Source: Cetorhinus maximus
Lineage: Eukaryota
DNA length: 64,000 nucleotides
Direction: 5' to 3'
Assembly (NCBI RefSeq): GCF_964194155.1
Contig: NC_135907.1
Location: forward strand, 15,872,001 to 15,936,000
Both the position numbers and the translations under genes were made by a program. The notes below the pieces were generated by a model. The model saw only the letters and a list, made by a program, of their open reading frames with translations, was not told where the DNA came from and did no database searches. Of this stretch, positions 50,701-64,000 are shown piece after piece; position 1 is the first letter of the stretch; each line of letters begins with the position of its first letter.

Positions 50701-53700
50701 TCCCTCTGTTTTGGTGGCTGTAGTGCACTCCTAGCGGTGTAATTTCCCCTTTTCTGATCTTCACTTCAACCCACATAGCCTCATTCGATGATCCTTCCAG
50801 CATATTATCCATCCTCGCAGCTGTAGTTGTTCCTTTAACCAATGTTGCAATATTGCTGTCGGAAACCCTCTGACCGGCTATGCTGGCAATGCTGGCACGC
50901 CTTTCCTGCCCTTGCAGCTGTATTTCAATAATAGATTATGCTATCATACTTTCATCTGTGCCCTAGTCTTATTCACCGGGCTCCTTGTATTGTACTGATC
51001 ACTAACAACTCCTTTGTCTATTTTCTAGCCTTTGTTTACCCGGCCTTCCAAACTCACCTGCTAATTTGCTGCCTTCAAATTCCAACTTTGCTTCTGTTCC
51101 TTATGAATTTATGCTTAGGTGTCCAACCCCTGCCAGGCTAGTTTAATCCCCCCAAGCAACTCTTGTTGACTTGTCCACAACCTTTGGCACAGTTAACTAT
51201 GCTGCCAATGCTTCTGCACTCCTCCAATTCTGGCAACTCGTACATACGTTATTTTATCCTGAGGGGTCTTGATAGGGTGGATTTGGAGAGGATGTTTCCT
51301 CAGGGGGAGGTGAATCTAGAATCAGGGGTCACGGTTTAAAAATAAGGGGTCGCCCATTTAAGACAGAGATGAGCAGAAATGTTTTTCTCTGAGGGTCGTG
51401 AGTCTTTGGAACTCTCTTCCTCAAAAGGCGGTGGAAGCAGAGTCTTTGAATATTTTTAAGGCTGAGCTGGGATAGACTCTTAATAAGCTAGAGGGTAAAA
51501 GGTTATCGGAGGTAGGCGGGAATGTGGTGTTGAGGTTACAATCAGATCAGCCATGATCGTATTGAATGGCAGAGCAGGCTCGAGGGGCCGAGTGGCCTAC
51601 TCCTGCTCCTAATTCTTATGTTCGTATGTATGTACCCGATTGATCATATTTTAATGATCTCTAGCAGACCAGCCGTTTATTTTCTAGACAAAAGAGTCCC
51701 AACCTGTTCAGTCTTTCCTGATGGTTGTACTCTCCCAGCTCTGGTAAATCCTTTCTGAAATTTCTCCACTGTTCCTACATTCTTTTTGTAACATGGAGAC
51801 CAGAAATGTGCACAGTACTCAAAGTGAGATGTAACCAAGGCTCTATATAAGTTTAAGATAAGTTCTTTGGTTTTGAATTCTATTTCTCCAGAAACAAACT
51901 CCAGTGTTTCTTGAATCACAAAAAATCAATATGGAGGTACAGCAAGTGATTAGGAAGGCAAATGGAATGTTGTCATTTATTGCAAGAGGAACGGAATATA
52001 AAAGTAGGGAAGTTTTACTGTAGCTGTACAGGGCCTTGGTGAGACCACAGCTGGAGTACTGTGTACAGTTTTGGTCTCTTTATTTGAAAAAAGACATAAT
52101 TGCATTAGAAGCAGTTCACTCAACTCATTCTTGGGATGAGGAACTTATCTTATAAAGAAAGGTTGAACAGGTTGGGCCTATACCCATTAGAGCTTAGAAG
52201 AATGAGAGTTGACCTTATTGAAACATATAAGATCCTGAGGGGATTTGATAGGGTAGATATCAGGAGGATGCTTCCACTTGTGGGAAAGACTTGAAGCAGG
52301 GGACACGGCTTAAGAATAAGAGGTCTATCATTTAAGACAGAGATGAGGAAAATTTATTTTTCTTAAAGGGTCATTAGTCTGTAGAATTCTCTTCCCCAGA
52401 GAGCAGTGGAAGTCAGGTCAATGGATTTATTCAAGGCTAAGTTAGACAGACTTTTGATAGACAAGGGAGTCGAGGGTTATGGGAGGTCAGACAGCAAAGT
52501 GGCTTGAAACACAACCAGATCAGCCATGATCTTATTGAATGGTGGAGCAGGCTCAAAGGGCTGAATGGCCTCCTCCTGCTCCCAAGTCCTACGTTCCTAT
52601 GTGTTTTGTTTGCACTTTTTCTGGCTTTGTTAACCTCCATTGCCACTTTTTTTGAATTTATTCTTTCATGGGATGTGGGCTTCGCTGGCTTGGCCAGCAT
52701 TTATTGCCCATCCCTAATTGCCCTTGAGAAGGTGGTGGTGAGCTGCCTTCTTGAACTGCTGCAGTCTATGTGGTGTCGTTACACCCACAGTGCTGTAAGG
52801 AAGGGAGTTCAAAGGTTTTGACCCAGCGATAGTGAAGGAATGGCAGTCTAGTTTCAAGTTAGGATGGTGAGTGACTTGGAGGGGAATTTGCAGGTGGTGG
52901 TGTTCCCATACATCTGCTGCCCTTGTCCTTCTAGGTGGTAGAGGTTTCAGGTTTGGAAGGTGCAGTTGAAGGAGCTTTGGTGAGTTGTTGCAGTGCATCT
53001 TATAGATGGTACACACTGCTGTTACTGTGCGTTGGTGGTGGAGGGAGTGAATGTTGAAGGTGGTGGATGGGGTGTCAATCAAGCTTCTTTGAGTGTTGCT
53101 GGAGTTGCATTCATCCAGCCAAGTGGAGAGTATTCCATCATTCTCCTTACTTGTGCCTTGTAGCTGGTGGACAGGGTTTGGGAGTCAGGAGGTGAGTTGC
53201 TGCAGAATTCCATACTTTGAATGATTTGTACTGAACAGGAAGGTCAACACTAAGTTTGCTGTCACAATTGTGACAGCTGTGAGGAACAACTGACTTCAGT
53301 GTCACTGGGCTAGGGGGAAAGGAAACTTCAGTTGAAGATTATGCCTGGGCCTTCCTGATCTCCAATACTATAAACTAGCTCCCATTGACATTTGTACTTT
53401 GATCAATGACAAAAGTTGTAGCATTTGCTCATTCACATGGTATAATACCCTGTTTGTGGTGTTCAGTTGTTCAGTGTTCGCTTATGAAAGTCTGGTAACT
53501 GATCTATGCTCACTGTACTTGATTGGTTAAGTCTGGGTTTTGACTCAGAGCAAAGTAAACAGACACCACAGAAGCTGCTAGAAGAAGCTAGAGCTGGGAG
53601 AAGCATGAATGCGGACATTTTGTGATTGCAGAGATATTTCAAAGCATTGTAAATGAACCTGTTTCACACTTAGACGCTAGTGTCACCTCTGCATTGCTCT

Positions 53701-56700
53701 GAGGAAAATCAAATATATAAAATGTACAACAAACAGGGAAACACGGCACTGTTGACACCCTCAGTGTGAGCTCGCATGTTGAGACTGGTTAGTTGGCCAT
53801 GATGGTACAGGATTCAGGTGCCTCTGGAATCGTTTCGAAGCAAAAGTGAGTGTCTCCAAGAGAGGAGGGGAGAAAGTGGGAGAGAGGTGAAAGAAGATGA
53901 TCCCTAAGGCTTGAAAACATTAACTGGAACACCACTGGCTGTGCAGAGTGGGGATATTGGGAAGCAATGCGGCAGTCATGCTGACACCTAGTCTGACACA
54001 CCTTGCATTTCTACACTATTAAGTGCGGGAAATAACGCAATATCTTGTAAGATTTGCAGAGTACATCTGCCAGCAATTCCTAAATTACCTGATGTAGGGG
54101 AATTGCACGGTGATGTTCACAGAGCCATTTACCATCGCTATTCCAAACCTGCAGGAAATTTACAAGAAAGTAAGTTTGGTGTGAAATGGATTGGTTAATG
54201 TTAACACATGACCACATAAAACAACACAATAAATGAACCAGGCAAGATAGCATTAAACTGTAAACTGATATTTGACAGAGTTGCCAACTGTAAAAGAGTT
54301 ACTAAACTTCACAATGACATAATCGCGTATCGGGTGTAATGTGTTGGCAAAGAGTCAACACAAGTCCAAACTTAACAATTGTTAAATTACCATCAAAAAA
54401 ATATTTGGGCATGCCTGAATAAATAGAAATGCAGGCCTCCCAAAAAAGGACGAAGAAACTGATGCTGCTTTAAAAGAAAAACTTGCATTTATATAGCACC
54501 CGTCACAACCTCAGGGTATCCCAAAGTGCTTTTGAAGTGTAGTCATGTTTGAAAGGAGGAAAAGTGGGCAGTTAATTTACACAGAATCTCTGTGCCCAAG
54601 TCCTGGAATGGGACTTGAATCAACAACCTTCTGGTTCAGAGCAAGTGGAGCTGCAGGATAAGAGTAATCTAAGAGTAGCCCAGGCTCTCAGAGTATATGA
54701 AACACAGTAACGCAAGAGGAGTTCTCAGCAGTCAGAGAAAAGAATTGTGAGGCTTCAAACCACAATGGGATCTGCCTCATGGGAGACTTTGAGATGTGGT
54801 GGGCATTCAATAAGGTGCCACATAAAAGATTACTGCACAAGATAAGAAATCATGGTGTTGGGGATGATTCATTAGCATGGAAAGAGGATTGGTCAACTAA
54901 CAGGAAACAAGAGATTCGGCATAAGCGAGTCATTTCCAGCTCAGTAAACTGTAACTAGTGGAGTGCCACAAGGATCAGCGCTGGGGCCTCAACTATATAC
55001 AATCTACATTAATGACTTGGATGAAGGGACTGACTGTATTATAGCCAAATTTCTAGAGAATACAAAGATAGGTCGGAAAGCAAGCTGTGAGGAGGATACA
55101 AAGAATCTGCAAAGGTATAGTAATAGGTTAAGTGAGTGGGCAAAATTTGGTCGGTGGCGTATAATGTGAGAAAGTGTGAGGTTGTCCACTTTGGCAGGAA
55201 GAATAGAAAAGCAGAATATTATTTAAATAGAGAGAGTTGCTGCAGTACAGAGGGATCTGGGTGTCCTTGTACATGAACCACAAAATGTTAGTATGCAGGT
55301 GCAGCAAGTGATTAGGAAGGTAAATGGAATTTTAGTCTTTACTGCAAGGGGGATGGAGTATAAAAGTAGAAAGGTCTTGCTACAACTGTACAAGGCATTG
55401 GTGAGACTGGACCTAGAATTCTGTGCTTTGCTCTCCTTATTTAAGGAAGGATATATTTGCATTGGAGGCAGTTCAGAGATTCACTCGGCTAATTCCTGGA
55501 ATGAAGGGGTTGTCTTCTGAGAAGAGGTTGAGCAGATTGGGCTATACTCTCATTGGAGTTCAGAAGAATGAGAGGTGAGCTTATTGAAACGTAAAGGATT
55601 CTGAGGGGGTGGGGTGCTTGACAGGGTCGTTGCTGAGGGGATGTTTCCCCTCATGGGGGAATCAAGAACTAGGGGGCACAGTTTCAAAATAAGGGGTCTT
55701 CCATTTAAGATGGGGATGAGGAGGAATTTCATCTCTCAGAGGATCTGAACATTAGAAATTGGCAGGCTTCCCGAGCTTAACTCCATCAAGATAATGATAA
55801 AGGGCAGGAATGTTACTTTCTGCTTCCCTTGTGCACTGCGGTGGATCATGGTATCATTACCGTTATCTGGCTATGATCAGCATTTGCCCCAAGATTGGGG
55901 CTACCTGGGCCTAAGATTTTTCAGGCCATGTTGCCCATATTCTTGCAGCAAATCCTACCAGATCCTTCTTCTCATCTCTTCCTGGGCTTCAAGCGATAAC
56001 CAGGTCTCTGCCAATTGTGCATGCCATACGTAGGGTGTGAGCTGGTTAATCTTTGGAATTCTCTTCCCCAGAGAGCAGTGGGGCCTGGGTCATTGAATAT
56101 ATTCAAGGCTGAGTTAGACAGATTTTTGATTGAAAAGGGAGTCAAGGGTTATGGGGGGTAGGCAGGAAAGTGGAGTTAAGGCCACAATTAGATTAGCCAT
56201 GAATTCACTGAATAGCGGGGCAGACTCTATGGGCCGAATGGCCTACTTCTGCTCCTATTTCTTATGATCTTATAATCTTGCTTTGCAATCAAATAACCTC
56301 TGCAATATTTGTTCCGGTATTTTAATTTTGAATCCATAATGCAACAGGGCTAAGATGCACTTATATTTTTATAAAATATTTATATGTATATACCCTCATG
56401 GCTAATATATAAAATTTTAAAACTGGATAATGACCTTTTAAAATGGCTGAAGCCATGTCAGGCTGTGACCCTCAAACAATAAGCTATTTGACAGTATTGC
56501 AGCAGCTTGCGCCTCATTATCTCTACCCTAACGAACCCTGTGGACTGCAGAGACCAAATTCAAAGGGAATCATACGAAGGCCATCTATATTTCATAGGGC
56601 AGGCCTGGCCAACCAAAGCCAAGTTGTCTACTAGGACAAAAAGACCTGCAACCTTCCTTTCAAATTCTTAATGGTTAGAACATTAACAATCTCAGGAACC

Positions 56701-59700
56701 CAGACAAAGGAATATACATCCTTTGTCAAAGCCAAAGTGGAGAGGTTGGAGTCATGTGACATGACCCCCCCTAGCTGGGAGAACCAGTTATACTATCTTG
56801 CTATACTGCAAATCGATCTGCCAGCTTCCATCTACCTGCAGCAGCAGAGAAAAGGGGGTCTGTCCCAGTTTGAATGCCTGACCCCCATCTACACTGTTTC
56901 TACTTTGGTCTTTGCCCTGTAAATCCTTCTTTTCGTATCCCCCATTTATTGTATGAACGCATAGGGGGCTACGTAGCAACGCCTCCCCCCCCGGCAACGT
57001 TTTGAGCATGTGCGAATAAACTAACCTTCTGAGTTTACCCTATCTCCAGTTTGCTGTGGGGTTATTAATAGAAATTAGATCACACCAAAACTGAGGGAGT
57101 TGGGAAGTACACCACTGCTTCTGAAGGAGGAAATCCAAATCAAAGCCACTTTCTGTTTACGGACGGGTGGTGAGAGAAGAAATCGGGCTGTTTAAATTGA
57201 ACTCCCTCCCCGATCTGTAACAATAATATAAATTATATTTAACTGAATCTAGGTTGTGTTAGGCTGCTGTGATTGTGAGTGAAACTGTTGTAACGATATC
57301 GTGAATGATATTATCTTCCTTGTTTTTGACACATTAACTCAACATCCGTTAGGCATGTGATAAATGACATCTCAAGTGTTAACCGTATTCCAGCTGGCAG
57401 TCAATTTGACTTTGATCCTTTAGTCCAATTGACATTGGGTGATAAAGGATGAGCTAAATCTGGCATCCTGTATAACTCCCGAAGCAATATGAATTTCGAC
57501 ATTTTATATGACGCTTTATCAGGGTTCATCGTTTCAAAGTTCTTAGCACGATGAATCACTTAGAGCAAAGTGCTGTGACATATGGCAGCAAATGTGCACA
57601 CTAAGAATCAGATAGTCCATTCAGCTCATTTCAGCTCATCACTCCAGCATCCTAGCTCACTCAGTAAAGTATCCACCCTCAGTGGAATGAACCTATTTGC
57701 CTCACCTTCCTTGTACCAAGCAGATTGCGCCAAACATGTCTCGTTCTTCGAGAAAGGCATCTCTTCTTAGTATTTGATCTGAAATTATTTCTCACTTATT
57801 CAAACGTGTGATCTCTAATCTTACTTTAAAGTAATATTCTGTCCCAAGTCAGCCCTGCCGCAGTTGGTAGCTCTCTTGCCTCACGAGGTTCTGGATTCAT
57901 GTCCCACTCCAGGGCTTGAGCACAAAAATCAAGGCTGACACTGTCGGGAGTGCTGCGCTGTCGGGAGTGCTGCACTGTCGGGAGTGCTGCGCTGTCGGGA
58001 GTGCTGCACTGTCGGGAGTGCTGCGCTGTCGGAGTGCTGCCTTCTGAATGAGACATTAAACCAAAGCTTCATCTGCCTGTGTGAATGGATATATAAGATC
58101 CCCTGGCACTATTGTGAAGAAGAGCAGGGGAATTCTCCCCAGTGTCCTGGGCAATATATCCCTCAATCAACATCACAAAACAGGTTATTTTATTTTATTT
58201 GTTCATGGACGTGTGTGGGTGTCACTGGCAAGGCCAGTATTTATTGCCCTTGTTCAGAGGGCATTTTTTTTTTTTTAAAGAGTCAACCACATTGCTTTGG
58301 GTATGGAGTCACGTGTAGGCCAGCAGAGTTCCTTCCCTAAAGGACATTAGTGAACCAGATGGGTTTTTATGACAATTTCATGGTTATCATTAGGCATTTA
58401 ATTCCAGATATTAACATCTGCCATGGTAGGATTTGAACCCAGGTCCCCAGAGCATTAACCCTGGGTCTCTGGCCAGTGACAAAATCACTATGCCTCCCCC
58501 TGGTCATTAAAACATTGCTGTTTGTGGGAGCTTGCTGTGCACAAACTTGCTGATGTGTTTTCTACATTACAACAGTGACTAGACTTCAAAAAGTATTTCA
58601 TTGGTTTTAAAGCACTTTGAGATGTGAGGTGAAATGCGCTACATAAATGCGAGTCTTATCTTCTCTGTACAGTTTAACATTTTGTATGCTTCAACATTTC
58701 TACCCCATACCTAATCGTCAGCATCCAATTAGACCCATACAGCTAAAGCTTACCTCATAGTTCATAGCCTTAACAACAACTTGCATTTATATAGCATCTT
58801 TAATGCAGTAAAATATCCCAAAGCACTTCAGAGGTGGGCTATCAAACTAAATTGGACACTGAACCACATAAGGCGATGTGATAGGACAGGTGACCAAAAG
58901 CTTGGTCAAAGATCTACATTTTAAAGAGGCTCTTAAATGAGGAGAGAGAAGTGGAGAGGTTTATAGAGGGAATTCCAGAGCTTAGGGCTGAGACGAATGA
59001 AGGCACAGCCGCCAATGGAGCAAATAAACTCGGGGATGTACAAGAGGCCAGAATTGGAGGAGCGCAGAGATCTCGGAGGGTTGTGCAGCTGGAGGAGGTT
59101 ACAGAGATAGGGAGGGGGCGAGACCATGGAGGGATTTGAAAACAAGGAAGAGCATTTTAATGGGACCAGTCTCATTGTTCTCTCTGAACCCTTCTCTAGT
59201 TTTGTGGCTAGAACTGAGCACAATACTTCAAATATGGTGGATGGGGTTCCTCCAATTTCTCTGAGACGTGCCTGCTCTTAGCCTAGCTTTATGTCTGTCT
59301 CTTATTCCCGTAGCGCCCCTCCTCTCCTGAATAAAGATCAGTTGCAATTCCACAGTTACCTCCCCAAATGGGAACTCTTTATGTGAAAGCCTGGACATTG
59401 GAAGTTGGCATGTTTCCCGAGCTTAACTCCACCAAGATAGTGATAAAGGGCAGGAATGTTACCTTCTGCTCCCCTTGTGCACTGCAGTGGATCACAGTAT
59501 CATTACCGTTATCTGGCTATGATCAGCGCTTGCCCCAAGATTGGGGGCTACCCGAGCCATGTTGCCCATATTCTTGCAGCAAATCCTACCAGATCCTTCT
59601 TCTCATCTCTTCCTGGGCTTCAAGCGATAACCAGGTCCCCACCCATCGGGCCATGGCATAGGTAGGGTATGAGCTGGTTAATGAACAGCAGGCTGAAGGG

Positions 59701-61163
59701 AAATTGTTGTGTTCAGGTTAAGCTTGAGCACTTTCCTCCTCCCACTGTCAAGGTATTGCCATAGAATATAGAAATATTCATTGTTCTTGGCCACGCGTCT
59801 TCTGAGTCACAAAACACTTATTTATTTTTAACTCTATAAAGACATAAAACAAGTTTTCTTTGAAATTCTCATAGGCTACTAACAAACTACTAACAGCCTT
59901 AATTTTCAGCCTTTCATTAGAGGTAGTGCACTCACTCAGAATCTGAAGATTACCTTGTTCTGAGATTGAGCACACAGACTAGACTGATTCTTTCATTGCA
60001 TTACTGTATTTGTGGCCTCGTCTTTCTCTATCTCAGTAACATCCAGTCCTACAATGAACTCTCTGTTCTTCTGAATCTGCCTTTTTATACATTCCCCTCT
60101 CCATTTACCCCACCAGCGGCAGCCGTGCCTTCAGCTTTTTCAGCCTGCGTAGCAACATCGGAGCGGGAGTAGGCCATTCGGCCCCTCGAGCCTGCTCTGC
60201 CATTCAACTAGATCATGGCTGATCGTCTACCTCAATCCCATTTTCCCGCGCTATCCCTCGACGTCATTAGTATCTAGAAATCTATCGATCTCAGTCTTGA
60301 ACATACTCAATGACTGAGCCTCCACAGCCCTCTGGGGTAGAGAATTCCATAGATTCACCATCCTCTGAGTGAGGAAATTCAGTCCTAAATGGCTTGCCCT
60401 TTATTCTGAGATTGTGTACCCTGGTTCTAGACCCGCCCTGCCAAGGGAAACATCCTTTCTGAATCTACTCTGTCTGGCCCCTTAAGAATTTTGTAAGTTT
60501 TACAATACCAGAATTCCCTATCTAAACTTCTCTGCCTCCTTCTCTCTTTTAGGACACTAGCTGAAACAAATAGCTTTACCCAAGCTTTTAGTTACCCATC
60601 CTAATATCTCCTTCTATGTCCCAGTTTCTGTGAAACGCCTTTGAGGGTTTTCTTATGTTAAAGGTTCTATCCAAATGCAACTTGTTGTTATTAGAATAAG
60701 GAGGATGATGGGAAGAGATTTGGTCTATTGTAGAAGAGGAATGTATTAGGAAAGTTCCTTCAGATATAATTTGTCCTTGGCACTTGGGTAACATTGGAGA
60801 GAGCATATTTATTGCCCATCCCTAGTTACAGGGAATGCATTAAGATTTGAGCTCAAAATATGGGGCTGGAGGCACATGTAGACCATACTAGAAGTAGAGA
60901 ACGACTTGGGCTGTTATAGCAACGTAGTGGCTTGTTGTTTTATCTGTATACGGAGAATGAATTGGGAAGGGGATAGATTGGTGAATTGGAACCTCATTCG
61001 CTGATCATTGACCTGGCCTGGAACCGAGAGTAATCTAACTAGGTTGTCACGGCGACGTCCATAAACATGACATGCACAAGTGCTCAATGCATACTTACAC
61101 AGCCCAGCAGCCTCCTACAGCAGTGACTGCCAGCAAGATGGGGAGTAGACACCATGCCCACAT
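46287..61163 (-). CDS. TMEM150B: Transmembrane protein 150B (DRAM/TMEM150 family, 227 aa)
   Basis: Exons 61163-61099 ([22 protein letters not shown]), 54148-54089 ([20 protein letters not shown]), 49373-49306 ([22 protein letters not shown]), 48036-47909 ([11 protein letters not shown]...SLVGNFQ), 47642-47465 ([26 protein letters not shown]...), 46471-46287 (...[24 protein letters not shown]...LEL*). The phases are compatible and total 684 nt. The motifs match the TMEM150B subfamily. Confidence 0.93.
46472..47464 (-). other. U12-type (minor spliceosome) GT-AG intron
   Basis: 5' splice site GTATCCTTT at 47464-47456. Branch site TTCCTTGAC at 46491-46483, ~11 nt before the CAG acceptor. Duplicate at 26242-27234. 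Confidence 0.9.
49829..49950 (-). mobile_element. Truncated copy of the short hammerhead-motif element family
   Basis: aaagcaaaatactgcgga...gttaacatttcgagtctgtatgacccttc, homologous to 11988-12115. Another partial copy at ~34470-34585. Confidence 0.65.
50280..53210. mobile_element. Cluster of LINE fragments in TMEM150B intron 2
   Basis: CR1 endonuclease-region remnant ~50280-50850 (-). CR1 RT/3' pieces at 51260-51630 (+), 51660-51915 (-) and 51915-52600 (+). Second LINE family at 52655-53210 (-). Confidence 0.75.
54800..56270 (+). mobile_element. CR1-type LINE RT fragment with a 300-bp insertion
   Basis: [22 protein letters not shown]...[11 protein letters not shown] motifs, degenerate. Confidence 0.9.
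56340..57222 (+). mobile_element. Solo LTR (883 bp)
   Basis: TGCAACAG...CTGTAACA termini, 4-bp TSD ATAA (56336-56339, 57223-57226), AATAAA at 57015-57020. Confidence 0.75.
57941..58037 (+). repeat. 17-bp tandem repeat inside a SINE (~57850-58170)
   Basis: CTGTCGGGAGTGCTGC(G/A), about 5.5 copies. Confidence 0.9.
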
Positions 61164-63629
61164 CCTTCACGATCTGGAACAAGTTGCAAATCAGTGGTTA
61201 CTCTGAAACATAACGTTACCCAATGCTATACCATAAAACATTCCTCAAGCAATCATCTGTGTACCTTGTCACAAGGTATCGTCACAGGCAGTGGCCTCTT
61301 TACTAAGATAGCCAGTGTCTGCTTGTAGATGAGCTTTTGGCTGGTATTAGAGGTACCTCTAGATTTTAACCCAAACCCAGTGTTTAAAGTAAGTTCATTT
61401 GTCCATTCACTGTTGTGCGTTTTGCAGACAGATTGAGATTGTTAAGGTTTCTGCTGAGTCTTCTTCAGTAAAATCAATGTCACAACTCAAGCCACAATCC
61501 TGTCTTTTGTCCAGTTTTAGCCATGAAAAACGGTAACATACGAAATTCTTAAGGAGTTCCGCAGGGTAGGTGCTGAGGAAGTGTTTTCTCTGATCAAGGT
61601 TCAAGTCCAAATGGTTATCTTCATAATCATACGGCATTTATTGTTTTCTCTTTGTACAGATTGTCTTTCAATAGAGCAGCACGGGGTGGGCAGGGACAGT
61701 TTATTTATTCATTCACAGGATAATGGGCGGCACTGGCTAGGCCAGTATTTATTGCCTATCCCTAATTGTCCCTTGAGAAGGTAGTGATGCGCTATCTTCT
61801 TGAACCACTGCAGTCCCTTTGGTGAAGGTCCAGCCTCAATGCTGTTAGGTAGGGGGTTCCAGTGACAATGAAAACATGGTGCTATCTGTCAAGTCATTTG
61901 GGGCACTGATCCCTTGCCTTTTCTCTGCCAATTTCCTCTCTTTCTCTTCTCTCCTGAAGGTGTTGCCCCCTAAATGAAAATACAGTTCCAAGAAATTCCT
62001 TCAGCAGCTTTGCATACTTGTCTATTGTTCAAGTGTTTGGGTTTAATGGTGAATCTCACCAGGTGGAGCCATAAGAACAGAAGAAAGACAAGCTGGAGTA
62101 GACCATTTGGTCCTTCAAGGATACTCCATCATTCATGGCTGATCTTCTACCTTAACTCCACTTCCCACACTTCCCACTTTCCAAATGTCTTAATAACCAA
62201 AATGTCCTGTACCCTTAGTACCCCAAAGAAAGCTATCGACCTGTGGCTTGAATATACTCAATGACAGAGAATCCACAACCCTCTGGGGTAGAGAATTTCA
62301 AAGATTCGCAACCCTTTGGAGTGAAGAAATTTCTCCTCGCCTCAGTCCTAAATGGCCGCCCCCTTTTTCTTCTCAGGCTGGAACCCCAGGTTCTAGATTC
62401 CCCAGCCTGGGAAAACCTTTCCTCAGCATCTACCCTGTCAAGCTCCTTAAGAATTTCAAATGGTTCAATTCAATCATCTCTTGTTTTTTTCTAAACTCCA
62501 AGTAATATAGGCCTGGCCTACTCAATCTCCCCTCATGCCACAAAGTAGCCTAGTGAACCTTTGTTGCACTGCCACTGGGTAAGGAGATTCTGTGTGAATA
62601 TTACATCCACAAGGCATTCAATAGTGAATATTACATCCACAAGGCATTCAATCCGATGCTATGGCTGGTTACTAATCCTTAAGGGCTGCACTGACGGTTT
62701 AGTAAGTAACCACCCCACCTTCTGTACCAAACCAAGATGGTTGCAATTTTAACCTCTGGTCTCTGTTGAATCAGTCGGACTCCATTGAAGGGGCAGCTAC
62801 CTCACAACTGGAAAGGACAATTTGACTTAGGGAGGATGTGGACATTCTCTAGTGCAATGCCCTACATAGTTGAATAGTCCGACACTATCATGTACTGAAC
62901 AGAATCTGAACCTTCTGGAAAGGAGGTGAGAGGGGAGGAAGTGGCAATTCAAAGGGACCATTAATCCCACAGACTTCGTTTCTTGCACTAAATCGTTTCA
63001 GACAAAATGTTGCATGTACATTCCCTGCTTACTAAACCGCCATACATCATAAATTGTGGCTTTCAAGCAAAGTTTGTATAAGTATATCATAATTTTTATA
63101 TTTTTATTCCCCACTCTTTCCCACTAAATCCCACATAGCTTACTTGTCTTCTGTACTCTACCAGGAACTAGCCGAGAGGATGTCTGTGTCAATGTGGTTC
63201 CCTATAGAAGTTCATATGCAGGATATTAACTATTTATAATCACTAAATATTTACTTGACCATAATTTGTATATTTATCCTTTGGCACAGCTCAGTCAATC
63301 TCTCTCCATGGGAACACAGAAGCTTTCTCCAACAAGTCCTCTTCTGTTCATGGCTGGAATATAATCTCTACAAGCAGAGATTCCATCATGAACCAACACT
63401 TGCATCAACACTTCTCCCCCCTCTTATAATTACCGTGTCCAGTTTTGACATATTTTTGTTCCATATCTCTTACTGCAAAATACAGGGGATGCCCACAAAG
63501 TATATCATTCCCATTTTATGTCCAACAACAGAAAGGAACACACCACCAGATCAGTGCTCACAGGCTAAGATTAGGTGGTTAAATTTATTGACCGATGTAA
63601 TATTATAGAGAAGCAAAAATATATTTTTG

Positions 63630-64000
63630 TTATTCTTTCATGGATGTGGGCATCGGTGGCAAGGCCAGCCTTTGTTGCCCATTCCTAAATGCTCTTGAAC
63701 TGAGTGGTTTGCTAGGCCATTTCAGAGGGCAGTTAAGAGTCAACCGCATTGCTGTGGCTCCGGAGTCACATATAGACCAGACCAGGTAAGGGTGGCAGAT
63801 TTCCTTCCCTTGGATATGGGTGAACAAGAAAGGTTTTTAATGATAATCAATGATAATTCCGTGGTCACCGTTACTGAGACGAGCTTTTAATTCCATATTA
63901 TTTCATTAATTGAATTTAAAATTTCACCAGCTGCCGTGGTTGGATTTAAACCCGTGTCCCCAGGGCATTCGTCTGGGCCTCAGGATTGCTAGGCGAGTGA
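63630..64000 (-). mobile_element. tRNA-derived SINE
   Basis: Reverse complement of the 11837/29103 SINE family. Confidence 0.75.

Noticed and set aside
57941-58037. Regular short repeats as a possible CRISPR-like array
   Set aside because: Head-to-tail 17-mers without unique spacers, inside a SINE in a eukaryote.
62594-62652. 30-bp tandem duplication
   Set aside because: An ordinary slippage duplication with no sign of function.
63130-63200. Possible non-coding first exon of TMEM150B (minus-strand GTAAGC donor near 63143; acceptor at 61174-61175)
   Set aside because: A donor-like motif alone is insufficient without transcript data.

Overview
Eukaryotic, repeat-rich vertebrate DNA, most likely a cartilaginous fish (inferred from the CR1-type LINE and tRNA-SINE content). 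The window holds a cluster of five 4-exon ferritin genes: copy 1 is 5'-truncated by the window edge and has a nonsense codon, copy 2 is frameshifted, and copies 3, 4 (minus strand) and 5 have intact 176-aa ORFs. It also holds a complete 6-coding-exon TMEM150B gene on the minus strand with a U12-type last intron. The cluster grew by old tandem duplication and then two young large inverted duplications. One is an ~11 kb near-palindrome (13382-24496) with copies 3 and 4 tail-to-tail. The other has ~7 kb arms (25949-33169 and 40799-47757) that duplicate the TMEM150B 3' exons and bracket copy 5. All five ferritins carry an L-chain-like Glu62Lys change in an otherwise H/M-type ferroxidase site. The four whose 5' ends are visible lack an IRE and have a multi-CCAAT/E-box/TATA promoter. 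The palindrome centre is a collapsed, collinear ferritin remnant. Short mobile elements with minimal hammerhead-ribozyme motifs are also present. All alignments and coordinates were read by eye.
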